Source: Octopus sinensis
Lineage: Eukaryota
NCBI RefSeq assembly: GCF_006345805.1
Contig: NC_043001.1
Coordinates: 2,976,001-3,040,000 of the forward strand
DNA: 64,000 nucleotides
Direction: 5' to 3'
Position numbers and translations under genes: made by a program
The notes under the pieces: model-generated
What the model saw: the letters and a program-made list of their open reading frames with translations, nothing else
Database searches by the model: none
Told to the model about the DNA's origin: nothing
In this document: piece by piece, positions 40,901-55,439 of the stretch
How the letters are laid out: the number at the start of each line of letters is the position of its first letter
Numbering within the stretch: the stretch's first letter is position 1

Positions 40901-41199
40901 AAATGGAATATAGAGGAAAGCGGAATAGAGTGTCCAGTAGAGATGTACAAAAGTTTTACCTCCTTGACACGGCCAGAATAATAAAAGCATTTAATCGTTC
41001 AGAAGAACACAGATAAAATGCTACCATAGGTAGCAGGTAGCAAGCCCACTAAACAAGCAAACTCTAGGAGTTCCAACAAAAGGCATAATAACAACAACAA
41101 CAACAATAATAACAACATTTGAACTCAGAACATAAAGACGGACGAAATTCCGTGAAGCATTTTCCGGTGCGATAACAATTCTGTCAGCAACAGCAATAA

Positions 41200-42800
41200 A
41201 AGAAGGTATGTAAAACCTATTACAAGTGAATAGCTATTAACACTGTAGTTATAGACAAATTAGGGGAATTACAATAAAAAAGGGACCATCTCTATTAGAA
41301 GAAGAATCTTTCAGAGTGCCTCTCTTCTCTCATTTCTTGTAGACGCTAACCTATAACCAACTGGGTAAACCTGTCTGATCTCGTATACAAATGCCATGAG
41401 AAGTTAATCAATAATGTTTTGTATGAAGACGACTTGTATGCGGCAGATACCAAACAACTAGAAACACTACCCCAGACAGTTCATAGATTTACTAAAAGAG
41501 CTGATGAGCGACTCAGATCAATAAAAGGCAACGAGCAAAGATGAAAGAAGGACAATTTCGACCACAAATGCCATGCTTAAGAAAAGAAACCTTTTCAAGG
41601 AAATGAGTCTAAATACCAACTTATTAGTATTTAGAAATCATCAAATTATTCAGGATTTTAAAAAATATGTAGGAGAGTATCAAGGAATAAAAATTAATAC
41701 TTAGTACAGATTCAAATGCAAAAAAAGGAGGTAAGTTGATAAATAGTTTATCTGTTTTAATTTTATGAAATGGAATCTATTAATAAATTGATTTGAAGTT
41801 TGGAGAGATAAACTAAAAAATAATGACTGCAGGTAGAGTACACCATCCAAAATCTGTTATAAAAAGATTGTATTTACAAAAGTTACACGATGGTAGAGGG
41901 TACCATATACAACTAAAAAATTATTACAAAATATTTAGAAAAAAGCAGCTGAAAACTAATACAAATAGCCAGAAATATGAAGAAAACAAGACAAAAATAT
42001 TTTCTGCTACAATGAAAACATCAAATACAAGAGACGAACTGAAAGAAGAGACAGTTGTGTGGATGAAGAAGAAACAACAAGAGTAAGTGTGAAAAGGTTA
42101 AAATTTAAACCATAAACGGGGTTACGATGTAGCATAGTGAAGCAACATCACGAAAATCTCGAACGCTTGGCAAAACTAAATCAGATGACGGAAAACAGAA
42201 AAATGGCAGCAGAGAATAGAGAATCGAGGCTGGTGATTACTTGACTGAAGTGCTGGGAACAAATCCTTCTCCACATAAAACCAGTAAAAGAATGTAATGA
42301 AGCAGAATATATCATTAATTATAATGATTAACAATCTGTGTGTCTGCTCAGTCTTAAGCAAGAAAGAATTCACCTAGGACCATAACAAAGTTTTCATACT
42401 TTGTGCAAACATTGTAAAATGTCAGCCCTTATAAATATAATTGCTGTATCTCAAAGAATAATGAGAGAACCATTGTCTAAGATGCATTAAACTACACAGA
42501 CAAGGAGATTAAATCTAATGAACCAGATATTGTTGCAAGAGGATATCACTGAAATTGCAGATGATTTCTAATCTGAGAGTCGTTCCCAACAGATGATTGT
42601 GTATCTTGAAAAAGGAATGGATTAACTATCCAAATATAAAGATTAAGGAACAGAGATAATCAAATCGGAAAAGAGAAGCAATCCATAAAATTACAGGTAG
42701 GAATGATTAAAAAGTATGTAGTCAAAACATGTAACTGAAATTGTAGGATTTACAGATCAACAAAATGTAGGAAACGGACACACGTTATATAGAGAACTTT
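41200..42800 (+). pseudogene. Old decayed R4/Dong-like element
   Basis: HHPKSVIKRLYLQK..GRG (41823 onward). TDKEIKSNEPDIVAR at ~42495-42540 is homologous to TDREIKANRPDIVVR of the 51-kb element. Confidence 0.65.
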
Positions 42801-42974
42801 CTAGAAAGATGATGCATGTTATATTGAAAAATTAAAGAGCAAAATCAGAACACAGGCATTTAATAGAGTCTTCGTTAAGATAGCTTAATAGGACTTAATG
42901 AATACATCACTTGCTTGAGTTTTTGAAGTCAGAACTTCACAATCTTATTAAATTGTGATATTAATATAAACTAA

Positions 42975-43180
42975 GGCGGTGAGCTGGCAGAATCGGTACT
43001 GCATGGGCAAAATGCTCCACGGCATTTTGTCCGTCTTTACGTTCTGAGTTCAAATTCCACCGAGATTGACTGTCTTTCAACTTGTTACAGTCGATAAAAT
43101 AAGCACAAGTTGAAGATTGGGGTTAATGAAATCAATATAATTCCTCCCACGAAATTGCTGGCCTTGTGCCAAAATTGAAA
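42975..43180 (+). mobile_element. Family A SINE, short variant
   Basis: ggcggtgagctggcagaatc...ggccttgtgccaaaattgaaa. Confidence 0.8.
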
Positions 43181-43663
43181 GCTAATATTAACGTAAACTA
43201 ATATTTATATAATTTGTTATGACACGATTCTTTTTCCCACTTTCTGTTACGCAGTTCGAGCAACTTTAATGCTTAAAGCTGTTATATTTTATAATTATTA
43301 TTATTATTATTATAGATAAGAAAGATATTAACCTCTAAGACCTTTCTAATTATGTAGCTTTGTGCTAATTATTATATTACAAAAGCACTAGTTTCTGTCT
43401 TTACGACACTAGTATATATTTAATAGAGAACACAAAGTGAACTTTAGTATTTTGTTTTATATCTGTAGGCAGTGTTGAGTGTGGGGGTGTGAGTGTGTGT
43501 GTGTGGGGGGGCTTGGAAGTGGTATGTCCATGATGGTGGTGGCAGGGGGTTAATTACTGTTGGGTGAGTGCGCATGTAAGATGTGTTGATGGGTGGATTA
43601 ATTTGTTCTTAGGCATGGAAAAAAGAAATACAAAGCAAGAAGGAAGATGAAAGATAATTACTC

Positions 43664-43807
43664 TATGTATGTATGTATGTATGTATGTATGTATGTATGT
43701 ATGTATGTATGTATGTATGTATGTATGTATGTATGTATGTATGTACGTACGTATGTATGTATGTACGTACGTACGTATGTATGTATGTATGTATGTATGT
43801 ATGTATG

Positions 43808-43839
<32 letters not shown>

Positions 43840-44166
43840 TGTATGTATGTATGTATGTATGTATGTACGTACGTATGTATGTACGTACGTACGTATGTAT
43901 GTATGTATGTGTATGTATGTATGTATGTATGTACGTACGTACGTATGTATGTACGTACGTATGTATGTATGTATGTATATGTATGTATGTATGTATGTAT
44001 GTACGTACGTACGTACGTACGTATGTATGTATGTATGTATGTATGTATGTATGTATGTATGTATGTATGTATGTACGTACGTACGTACGTACGTATGTAT
44101 GTATGTATGTATGTATGAATGTATGTATGTATGTATGTATGTATGTATGTATGTACGTACGTATGT
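43664..44166. repeat. (TATG)n/(TACG)n interspersed tetranucleotide array, ~500 bp
   Basis: Direct inspection. Confidence 0.95.
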
Positions 44167-45714
44167 ATATATCGATCTATGTATAGAAATGGTTCTGTCT
44201 CATATTTACATATATATATATATAAATACACACGTTCACGCATCCATAGACACATAACAGGAATGGAAACAGGCCCACATGATAAAAACACAAGACAAAT
44301 ATTAAAAGCGAAGACTAAACTATCATCAGCTGTTTCACCAGGGATCGCTACGGTTTTGATGACTCAGACAAACCTACGTAACTTAGGAGCATCAACATCA
44401 TTAAGAACGGTTGTTAGGCAACATCTACTATTTCTCTCTCCTTCATCGTATGTGTATATGGGTGCGCGTGTGTGCGTGTGTGCGCTTTCAAATATATCCA
44501 CATAGACATAGATATAAATTAAATATATATAGATAAATGCAAGCACAAACACACACGCATATCTATACATATATAGAGAGAAAGAAAAATAGAGAGAAGA
44601 GGAGAGATGGGATTGGAAACTTTAAAAGATAAGAAGTAAATACATTAGTAGTTGGGAAAGAAAGAATAAAAAAAAAACGGTTATGTTGTAAATTAGAACT
44701 TAAAGCAAACTAGATAGAATGTTATTATCTCATGTAGTGGTCCTGAAAACATTAATTAAAAATTAACTCTGATAGCTTAATTAACATCGAACTACAAAAA
44801 GGCAATCCCCCACAGATTGCGTTCCGTATGAAATATAGTATGACAGTAACCTGGACATATGTGATCAATGATTTAACAACTTGTTACGATTTTTTTATTA
44901 GTTACAGTACCATTCCCACGATGTGTTGCAGTTAACTCTCTATATACAGCAATAAGCGTGCCATTGTAACCACTTCGTGTAAGGTTAAGCAGGTCGTGAG
45001 AATTAAATGAACTGTAAAACGTTTTTATCGTTCTATACGATTTCTGTTCAATACCAGATGCTTGTACGCAAAAAAAAATCCATTTCTATGTATAATTGTA
45101 TGTATATAATATATGTATGTATGTTTTATTTCAAGATTTCTTGCCAATAGAGAAAGAACTGGTTTCTAATTAGATTCAAGGCTCCTTCATTGGAATTTCA
45201 ACATTAACAGCAGGGTATTTTTGTATTTTTGTTTGTATGTATGTATGTATGTATGTATGTATGTATGTGTGCTGATTTGTATGTTTTGCGTTATGTATGT
45301 ATTCTCATGCATATAGTTGTGTATTTTTTCATGTTCATATATATTTAAATGCTAAACTTCAGGAAAGTTTTACAGATTTTTACGGTTCCTGTGATGGATT
45401 GGATCTGTAGTCGTCGAAACATTTTTTAAAAGAGAAAAAGATAGAAGAGAGAGAGAGAGAGAGAAGAACACGTCCGTTCGTTTAAATGTTCGTGCAGGAA
45501 AAGAAAGATGGTCACGTGTGAGCACCGAGAAAGAGATAGACAGTGAGAGAGACAGAGACAAGTCCAAAGTGGTGATGGAGGGAGAGGGAGAAAAAGGAAT
45601 TCAAGAATGGATGGAGGAAGAACATAGTACGGAAGAGAGAGTGGCATCAAAAAGGCGAAGATAAACTTACTTGGAAATGGAAGCGTCACGTTCAATTAAA
45701 TAATATATAATATA

Positions 45715-45747
<33 letters not shown>

Positions 45748-46109
45748 CATATAAAGGTACAAGATGTCACCAACGGTGCAAATAACATGAAATACGTATA
45801 AAACGAGAAAAAATTAAAACAGGATAGGTCAACAGAGAGAAATGACCCTTCATCAGTTGTCGGTTGTCTATCTACTCCTCATTTCAAGCATTCAACGACA
45901 ATATGAGTCTTCAAAGACAGTTGCTCCTAATAATTTTTAAATAAAATTCAGGATTTATGGAAGTTAGTAATAAAAAATGACGTATTTCACTCGTTTTTCC
46001 TTCGTTTGTTAACATATTTTATTTTATTTGTACTCTTGACGTCTTCTACCCGTATATGCATGTATATATATGTATATATATGTATATATATATATATATA
46101 TTATATATA

Positions 46110-46593
<484 letters not shown>

Positions 46594-46768
46594 TATATAT
46601 GTGTGTGTAATGGAATAATTATATAATTATGTTGCGGCAACATTCATCGATTTCTTGACCCCGAAATATTGAATGCAAGATAAATCTATATTAATTCACA
46701 TATTTGTTTTCTTGTGATTTACCTTTCACTTACTACGCATTGTTTTGGCCTTACTCACGATCTTTTGT

Positions 46769-46803
<35 letters not shown>

Positions 46804-46829
46804 AAGGGTGGAAAGGAACACACGAGTTG

Positions 46830-47278
46830 ATATATATGAAAAAACAAGTCAAAAATAGAAAATGCTAAGATGATTTTATAGTGAATCTTTCAGTACCGGT
46901 TTCGGTCATTTTGAGACCTTTTCAACTGTAACGATTAGATAATTCAATTTAGAAAAATTAGAAGAAAAGTTTTTTTAAAAGAATATTTCTGTAGTAGTGT
47001 TCAGATATAAGTAGCATTCTGCCTTTCTCTGACTCCCTTGTTTGCACTTGTGTCACACAAGTGCAAACAAGGGAGTCAGAGAAAGGCAGAATGCTACTTA
47101 TATCTGAACACTACTACAGAAATATTCTTTTAAAAAAACTTTTCTTCTAATTTTTCTAAATTGAATTATCTAATCGTTACAGTTGAAAAGGTCTCAAAAT
47201 GACCGAAACCGGTACTGAAAGATTCACTATAAAATCATCTTAGCATTTTCTATTTTTGACTTGTTTTTTCATATATAT
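46830..47278. repeat. Apparently perfect 449-bp palindrome (224-bp arms, 1-nt spacer at 47054) between (TA)n tracts
   Basis: Mirror coordinates sum to 94108 at the centre, at the ribozyme motif and at the arm ends, so there are no indels. No mismatch was found by eye. Confidence 0.92.
47177..47220 (+). ncRNA. Hammerhead ribozyme variant with U3-A8 core (mirror copy on - strand at 46888-46931)
   Basis: ttacag-TTGAAAA-ggtc/gacc-GAAA-ccg-GTA-ctgaaa. G10.1-C11.1 is intact, stem III is palindromic ACCGGT, triplet GUA, stem I 5 of 6 bp. Confidence 0.65.
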
Positions 47279-47994
47279 ATATATATATATAATATATATA
47301 TATAATATATATATATTATATATATATATATATATATTATTATTATTTAATTGAACGAGATACATCCATTTCCAAGTAAGTTTATCTTCACCTTTTGATG
47401 CCACTCTGTTCTTTATACTGTTTTCTTTCTCAATCCTTCTCTAATTCTCTTCTCCCCACCCCCTTCACCGATTTTATGCCTTTCTTTTCATCTTTCTCTC
47501 TCTCCCCCTCTCTCTCTCCACTCTTTCTCTCTCTCTCTCTCTCGTTGCTCACACGTGACTATCGTCCATCTTTCTTTTCATAACATGACCATCTTTCTTT
47601 TCCTGCTTAGACTTTTAAACGAGTAGCGTTTTTCTCTCTCTTCTATCTTTTCTCTTTTCAAAAAGAAATGTTTCTCCCGGCGTTCATTATTTTCCTGTTG
47701 TTCTGGTCTGACGATTCTCCATGTTTGTTATCGTTCGGTTTCCTTCTCCACTCGCATTTTTTGTTCCAAATTTTGATCGTCCATAAACCCCAAATTTTGT
47801 TTTAGAATTTATGGGTGCAGCTCTCTTTGAATATTCATATTGTAGTTGAATGTTAGAAATGAGGAGTAAATAGACAACCGACAACTGATGAAGAATCATT
47901 TTTCTGTGTTTACTTCTCCTGTTTTCCTTTTTTCTCATTGTTTACATATTTCATGTTATTTTGTTATTTGCACCTTTGGGGACGTCCTGTACCC

Positions 47995-48300
47995 ATATAT
48001 GCATGTATATTGTTGTTGTTGTTGTTGTTTGTTCCTTCTCGATCAATGCCTGGCTCATAGGGCCGGTTTGCCAGTTTCCTTGGCGTATAGGTTCCCCACC
48101 TGGACGGGACGCCGGCCCGTCGCAGGTGAGCTGCAAGATGCAGGAGGAAAGAGAGAGAAAGTTGTGGCAAAAGAGTCAGCAGGAGTTCGCCATTACCTTC
48201 TGTCGGAGCTACATGGAGCTTAAATGTTTCGCTCATAAACACACACATCACTCGGTCTGAGATTCGAACCCGTTCTAACCACTAGGCCATGTGCCTCCAC
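47995..48300 (-). mobile_element. tRNA-derived SINE with (CAA)n tail and internally deleted head
   Basis: Reverse complement: ggaggcacatggcctagtggttagaacgggttcgaatctcag... ending in (caa)n. Confidence 0.6.
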
Positions 48301-48309
48301 ACATGCATG

Positions 48310-48379
<70 letters not shown>

Positions 48380-48467
48380 CACTCATACATATAAATATAT
48401 ATGCATATGTCTATATCCCTCTTCCTCTCTCTCTCTCTCTCTGTATATATTTATGTATGTATGTATG

Positions 48468-48501
<34 letters not shown>

Positions 48502-50399
48502 TGTATGTATGTATGTATGTATGTGCGTATGTATATAATATTTCTCTGCCTTTATGTAAAAATAGAGTGAAAATGTGAAATACATATGTAGATGTCATGA
48601 GAGCTCTCATGATTGTATATATATATATACACATACATACATACATACATACATACATACATAGAGAGAAAGAGAGAGGAAACATGCATAGAGAGCAGCC
48701 AGTAAATTGGCCATTTAGAAACGTTCACTAAAGTAATGTCAAACTGCATTTTCTTTAATTAAGTTTAAAGGCTAATGTACTGAAATCCATATGAAAAAAA
48801 AAAGCAATAAGTAAATGAATAATTTTTACTTACAATATTCAGTGCATCAGCCTTTAAACGTAATTAAGACAAATTCATGCCTTTGACCTGTTTTACTTCT
48901 CCCCTCAGCCGTTTTATTATTTTCATTTTCTTTTGGTGAATAAGCAGAGAATGTTTGATTGTTTTCACTGGGTGAACTTTACAAAGCAGGCAGTTCCCAG
49001 TTTAAGAACTACTTAGATAATTTGCTAGTTTTCTCAGTGCTGTTTTGTTTCATGCTGCTGATGATGATGACTGTGATTAAGGGGATAGTTTTCTTGAAAC
49101 TAAAAATGTCAGAATACAACATCGAGAGCTTACCTTGTTGTTTTTTTTTAATTGAGAAGTTTGCTCTTTTGTCAATAGATATATAAAATGTTTGGAGTTC
49201 GCTTTCACTCATTAGTGTTGCTTCATTTTAATATTTTAATCGGGAAGGATGTCAGTGCTAATGAACTCTAAGAAGGTGTCTGGGACTGGTGGGATGTGGG
49301 AACACAATATCCAGAAACTAGGGATTTTGGTCATCCTTGTATCAGAGAGCATTCTCCTAGAAACATCTAAGTTACAAGGCAGAGATGTCGACTCTTTTCA
49401 TAGAAAACCTCTCACTGCCACTCGTGGATTTATTCTACAGACGTTCTGTTTCCAATTATATAAAAGAAATCTTCCAATTAAAATTTCCTGCTGATTTATG
49501 TTCCAAGCATTATCTTAATGATGTTGAAGTCATCACCTGTTTAATAAGAGCTGATGTAAATGTTGGTTGGTTGGTTGGTTGGCTGTTTGATTTCTCCATG
49601 GTATAGAGAAAGGATGAAGAGAGAACAAAAGAGAGAGGCAGAAGAGAATGAACATAAGAGGGGAAGTATGTCTTGTGACTTTTCAAAAATTACACATTTT
49701 TTCCCTAAAATTTAGAAGAGCTAGGTTTTCACTGGAATAGATTAGGATTATGTTAATGAAATTTCAAAATGATAATATGTTTATAGCAAATATACAAACG
49801 AGAATTTTGTTTTACTTAATTCTATTTCAATGTAATGAATATTTTTATTCTAAAGATTGCTGTTCATTTCATCATTTTGTATTGCTTGAGAAATTTGACA
49901 GAAGCTAAATAATACATATTGTGTTTATGTCGTAGTTTCTGTTATTGCCCCTGGCTGGGAAAGCATACTTCCAAAGTTACCAGTCAAAAACTTTGGATGA
50001 CGCTCTAGTTTTACTAAATTCTTCACAAGTTTCAAAATTATTTAAAATAAAGATGATGGCTGTTTACATTCTGATTTGAAGCCCACCAAAATGAACTTTG
50101 TGCTCCACTATTTTGGAATCTATAAATAAAGTACTAGCTTAAGTACTGTACTTGATAACATTAGCTGTCTCCCACCCTAGCATTCTGGTTTCAAATCCCA
50201 CATAGATCAACCTCTTTTCCCTTAATTAGTATCCTACCATCCTCTCTCTTCACCACACCATCCTCTTCTAATTTTGCTGCCTAAAATCTTGTCTAACAAG
50301 ATTTTCCACAGTTTGTCTCATTGAGGGGAACTAAGGTACTAAATCAAACATAGACCAAAACGGGGTACTTGGGGTGTTACCAAGCACTCACATATTTGT

Positions 50400-51130
50400 G
50401 GTGGGCAGGGGTGGAAATGTCTGGGTATCAGGGGAGATCAATTGGCTAGTGGGTTCCAGAGAAGCTTTGAACCGGGGACTATGGAAGATTTCCTGAAATC
50501 CCTGGCTTGGAAGAGCTACCAGGAGTGTCTGCCAGTCCAAGATAAACTCTAAGTGCACAGAAGTGTTGTCAGAGGGCTTGTCAAAGATGTTTGCTTAGTG
50601 ATGGAACCATTCTGCATGCATCCATTCAGTGTCCAGAAATTGCTGACTTGTGGAGATTTGTTGAAGACCAGTTGTCACATGTTGGGCAGATCAGGCTGAT
50701 GGCTAAGTCCATTGAGAGATTTATCAAGCTGCCTTCCTTTCACGAGGAAGGGCAAGTGGTTTTTCTCTGTTTAGTGGCTTCAGCAAAAGAGTTAGTACAG
50801 TAGATGAGATTGAAATGAGTGAGGATAGATTCTTTCCTCTTTCTTAGGCCCTCATTGACATTTCCATGTTCCACTTGGAAAGTAAAGAGGAGATGGAGAG
50901 TGGACTGCCATCCTCCACCTTTGTGGATGAATGTAGCAAAGATGACTCATGAACAGTGTGTTTCAAGCATGCACATGTAGACTGGAAGAAATGAAGAGGA
51001 GAGGGATGTCTGTCTGAAATGCCCTGGGTGATCAGGGGGTCCGGGATGTGTGGGGTTCCTTTGTTGCCCCTGATTCTTTCTCGGGTTTTTACAGGAATTT
51101 CTTATTGTTTGATATTCTATTCTAAATTGC
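50400..51130 (+). pseudogene. 3' part of a decayed L1/Tx1-clade ORF2 (zf-RVT-like) and 3' UTR
   Basis: SLAWKSYQECLPVQDKL; TILHASIQCPEIADLWRFVE (ET..H....C....LW-like). Confidence 0.7.
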
Positions 51131-51265
51131 TGTTGTTTACACTTGTTACATGTAAACACCCACATTAATTGTTGACTGTTCTTGTAATGTCACCTCTCAT
51201 CTATACTCTCGTGGCTAAAAAGCAAAACGTCATCATTATAATCATGATCAACATCATCATCATTA

Positions 51266-51303
<38 letters not shown>

Positions 51304-51306
<3 letters not shown>

Positions 51307-52406
51307 TAGTTTTATTTTTATAGCGTGCTTTCACTTCACTACCGAGCACAGCTCTGTGTGCCTTGGGTATGTGCTGTGATTTGTTGTGATGCTCTGATGG
51401 TTATTGTATGGAAAGTGTTCTGCGTAGGATGTGTGCAGTGCCTAGTAGTGCAATTTTCTGTATGTTATATGTGTTTGTAAGTCCTGGTGTTTTTGTTATG
51501 TATTTGTCTGAATATTTTTTTATCATGCCTAATGCACCTACTATGATAGGAATTGTTTCTGTTTTCAGATTCCACATTCTAGTTACCTCTAATTCCAGGT
51601 CTTTGTATTTTGAGAGTTTCTCCATTTCTTTTAGAGACACGTTGTCATCAGCCGGTATTGATACATCAATTAGAAAGCATTTTTTTTCTTCGTGGTCTCT
51701 GACAACTATATCTGGTCTGTTGGCCTTAATTTCTCTGTCTGTGTGTATCGGCATATCCCAGAGTATGGTTGCTTTCTCGTTTTCTGTGACCTTTTCTGGT
51801 GTGTGCCTATACCATCTTTTTTCTGTTGTTATTCCATAATGTTGGCATAGCTTCCAATGTATGTAGGTTCCAATTCTGTCATGTCTGTGAATATATTCCT
51901 TCTTAGCCAAGACTGGGCAGCTAGAGATAATATGATTTATTGTTTCTTGTCCATCTCCACATATTCTGCAGTTACTTGTAATATTTCTTTTCATTACATG
52001 TTTTTGGTAATTTCTGGTGGGGAGGCTTTGGTCTTGTGCTGCAATTAAAAATCCCTCTGTCTCTGCTTTGAGTCCTGAGCTTCTCAACCATTGCTGGGAT
52101 TTTTCTTTGTCTATTTCTTTTGCGTTTAGTTTAGTCCAGTATTTACCATGAAGGGGCTTTTCTTGCCATCGTTTTATCATGGTTCGTTGCTGTTCTATTT
52201 TTAGTTTGGATTTCATTTGTTTTATAGCTTTTGTTGTTTCTTTATCTTCTTCTTCTTCTTCATGTTTATTAGGTGGTATGATTTCTTGTTTGTATTTGTC
52301 AGCTTCCTTAAATACTAAGAACAGTTTTTTGTTTTGCTCGTGTTTTGCCGCTATCTGGATCAGTTTTCCTTCCTTCTGAAGTAGATATTTTTGCAGTCCT
52401 ATGGTG

Positions 52407-52407
<1 letters not shown>
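51304..52407 (-). mobile_element. 5'-truncated R4/Dong-clade non-LTR retrotransposon inserted in an (AAT)n microsatellite
   Basis: Both boundaries abut (att)n. The 3' UTR is ~97 bp. Confidence 0.85.
51401..52407 (-). CDS. Uninterrupted C-terminal ~335 aa of the RLE retroelement protein (post-RT region, CCHC finger, PD-(D/E)xK endonuclease)
   Basis: CRICGDGQETINHIISSC zinc finger, RHD, NRPDIVV...LIDVSIP...EKLSKYKDL, IIVGALG. The N-terminus of the 410-aa ORF in the track is microsatellite-derived. Confidence 0.85.
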
Positions 52408-52468
<61 letters not shown>

Positions 52469-52989
52469 TATTGTTAATACAATTAATATTATTATCAACA
52501 ATAATACCTTTATTATTATTATTATTATTATTATTATTGTTGTTGTTGTTGCTGTTATTGCTATTGTTATTATTATTATTATTATTGTTGTTGTTGTTGT
52601 TATCATTATTAGCTTTTCTTCCTTTGTTTCCATTTCTTGCTGTGTGTCTTCCCAACACCTAGGGCAAAAAAGTCACTGTATACATTGATAGGTGATTAAT
52701 ACAAACACACCATATTGTTCAATAACAAAGTCAAGTTATTTGGAAAAAAAGAAATAAAGGAAAAAATAAAGTAAAAATGGAAAAGAAAGAGTAAAAAAGC
52801 AAAGTGAAAAGTGAAAAAACAGTAAGCTATAATCCTCATCATCATCATCATTATTATTGTTACTGTTATTATTATTATTATTATTATTGTTATTCTTATT
52901 ATTGTCATTATCATAATTGTTGTTGTTAACATTATTATTGTTATTATTATTATTATCATTATAATAATAATTATTATTATTGTTAATTT

Positions 52990-53022
<33 letters not shown>

Positions 53023-53445
53023 CTTGTTGTTCTTGTTCTTGTTCTTGTTCTTGTTCTTGTTCTTCTTCTTCTTCTTCTTCTTCTTATTATTATTATTATT
53101 ATTATCATTACTATGTATAAAGAAATATAAAGGGATCATCTTCAGTGGCTGTCCCTTTAGAAAAATGTTTGTGGATTTGTAGAACGTTTCAGAGTATTTT
53201 TGGATTTTAGTTATTTTGGAAAAAAAACCAAGAATCTGAATAAGAATATTCAAAAAACATAGCATCTTACGATTAGTAAAGCTGTTGATGCCAACATCAT
53301 CAACACCACCACCACCACCACCATCATTGATATTTTTATACTTATTCTTGTTATCTTTATTATTGTAATTACCAACTTCAACATTATTGCCTATAATAGA
53401 AAGAATTATTATTGTCATCATCATCATCATCCTCATCATTATTAC

Positions 53446-53488
<43 letters not shown>

Positions 53489-53515
53489 TTATTATTATTA
53501 TTATTATTATTATTA
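52408..53515. repeat. Compound ATT/GTT/CTT/CAT microsatellite field
   Basis: Direct inspection. Confidence 0.9.
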
Positions 53516-53810
53516 CATGTAATTTATAATTTATATTCACAGCAGTTGATTTTGAAAATTTTAATTAAGGTGTGTAGAATATGAAATTGGATGAACTGTG
53601 AGAATATAGAAAAATTCAATGAAGTTAGAAACCTATGCCACACACAGTTCAAATGAAAACGCTATCCAAATACAACGATCCAGTGCAACTTTAAATGTCT
53701 CAATGTTATGAGATGTGTGTGACTCTAGAGTTACGCAGGTATGAATAGGTTATGCATGCATATATAACAAGAATATATGCGAGTATGGACATACATATAC
53801 ATATATACAT

Positions 53811-53869
<59 letters not shown>

Positions 53870-53948
53870 AATAAATACCTCCAGTATCTGAGTACTATCT
53901 TTTCCACCTTGTTTCATATTTCTGTGCTTACTCTAGTATATATATATG

Positions 53949-53991
<43 letters not shown>

Positions 53992-53993
53992 TA

Positions 53994-54024
<31 letters not shown>

Positions 54025-54068
54025 CATATATATGTATATACATATGTATATATATATATGTATATATA

Positions 54069-54134
<66 letters not shown>

Positions 54135-54404
54135 TATATACATATATATACATACATATATATATATATATAAAGAAATGCATATATACATAACACATAC
54201 ATCCACATATACAAACACATTTACATACATACCCATATATCCCATATATATATATACACACACATACGTGTGTATTGATTTCCTCAGATGTATTTATTAG
54301 CAATATATTTTGAAAACATCATTAGTAATTTTTTTCACAGTTATGATAAAAGAAAAATCTCTTCAGAATTATATAAGTCACATTAATATATCTATTTAAT
54401 GACC

Positions 54405-54440
<36 letters not shown>

Positions 54441-54653
54441 TACACACGCAATATTCCTTTTGCTTGTTACAGTCATTTGACTGCATCCATGCTGAGCAAA
54501 TCGCCCCCAGGACTTATTCTTTGTAAGCCTATCGCTCTCTTTTTCTCAAACCATTAAGTTATGGGGAAGTAAACACACGAGAATCGGTTGTCAAGAGATG
54601 ATGGGTGGACAAACACACACACACACACACACACATAAACACTCATAAACACC

Positions 54654-54698
<45 letters not shown>

Positions 54699-55439
54699 TG
54701 CATATATATATATATATGACGGGCTTGTTTCAGTTTCCATCTATCAAATCCACTCACAATATATAATGATGGATTCTCCCATCGTAAGATACCGTATGAG
54801 GGCTCGACAATTTGTTATCAAACAACCTCACAGATGATGTGTTTATAGTGATCAACTGTTTGTGTAGACATAAGCTCAATCCCTCCATCAGATCGACATT
54901 ACCTGTACAGGTGCAACAAGTGCAAACATGTCAAATGACGAAACCACCAGCAAGCAACGTGAAATGAAGTGATTTGCTCAAGAACATAGCGCAATGCCCA
55001 ATCTGGGACGTGAAACCCACAATCTCACAATCATGAGTATAACACCTTAACCACTGATCCACCCCTCTGTTAAACATCCACTAATGTTATATCGCCTGAA
55101 GAAATCAATGAATATGATCAACACGATGTCAATGGATACTATGGACTTCCCTGTAATCATCTCATGAATATGGACTATGATCTTAAGAGACATGTGATTT
55201 GTAGAAACATGCGTAGCAATGCATTAAATGTTTATAAACTCCATCCAAGGATTATCGTTATGTGTTTGACTGCTAACGCCAAACATTTTTTAATTTTCTC
55301 TTTTTTTATTTCCTCGTATTCCTTTCTGATGCAGAGTGTAGGGTTGAAACATGAAAGACCTTCTCACCTTCACAAGCATCAAACTAATGTACCTACTTGT
55401 TGTTTATACATCTGTCTTCGTCTTCCGTGTGTGTATTGT

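Noticed and set aside
43554-44291. ORFs of 149-245 aa (MYVC/YIHT repeats)
   Set aside because: Tetranucleotide microsatellite artefacts. The same applies to the YI, poly-N, poly-I and poly-M ORFs elsewhere.
45385-45425. Hammerhead-like ctgtgat...gtcgaaacatt
   Set aside because: The core and cleavage site are too degenerate to support.
52408-52633. N-terminal 75 aa of the 410-aa ORF as a signal or TM region
   Set aside because: This is the flanking (AAT)n microsatellite read in frame, not part of the retroelement protein.
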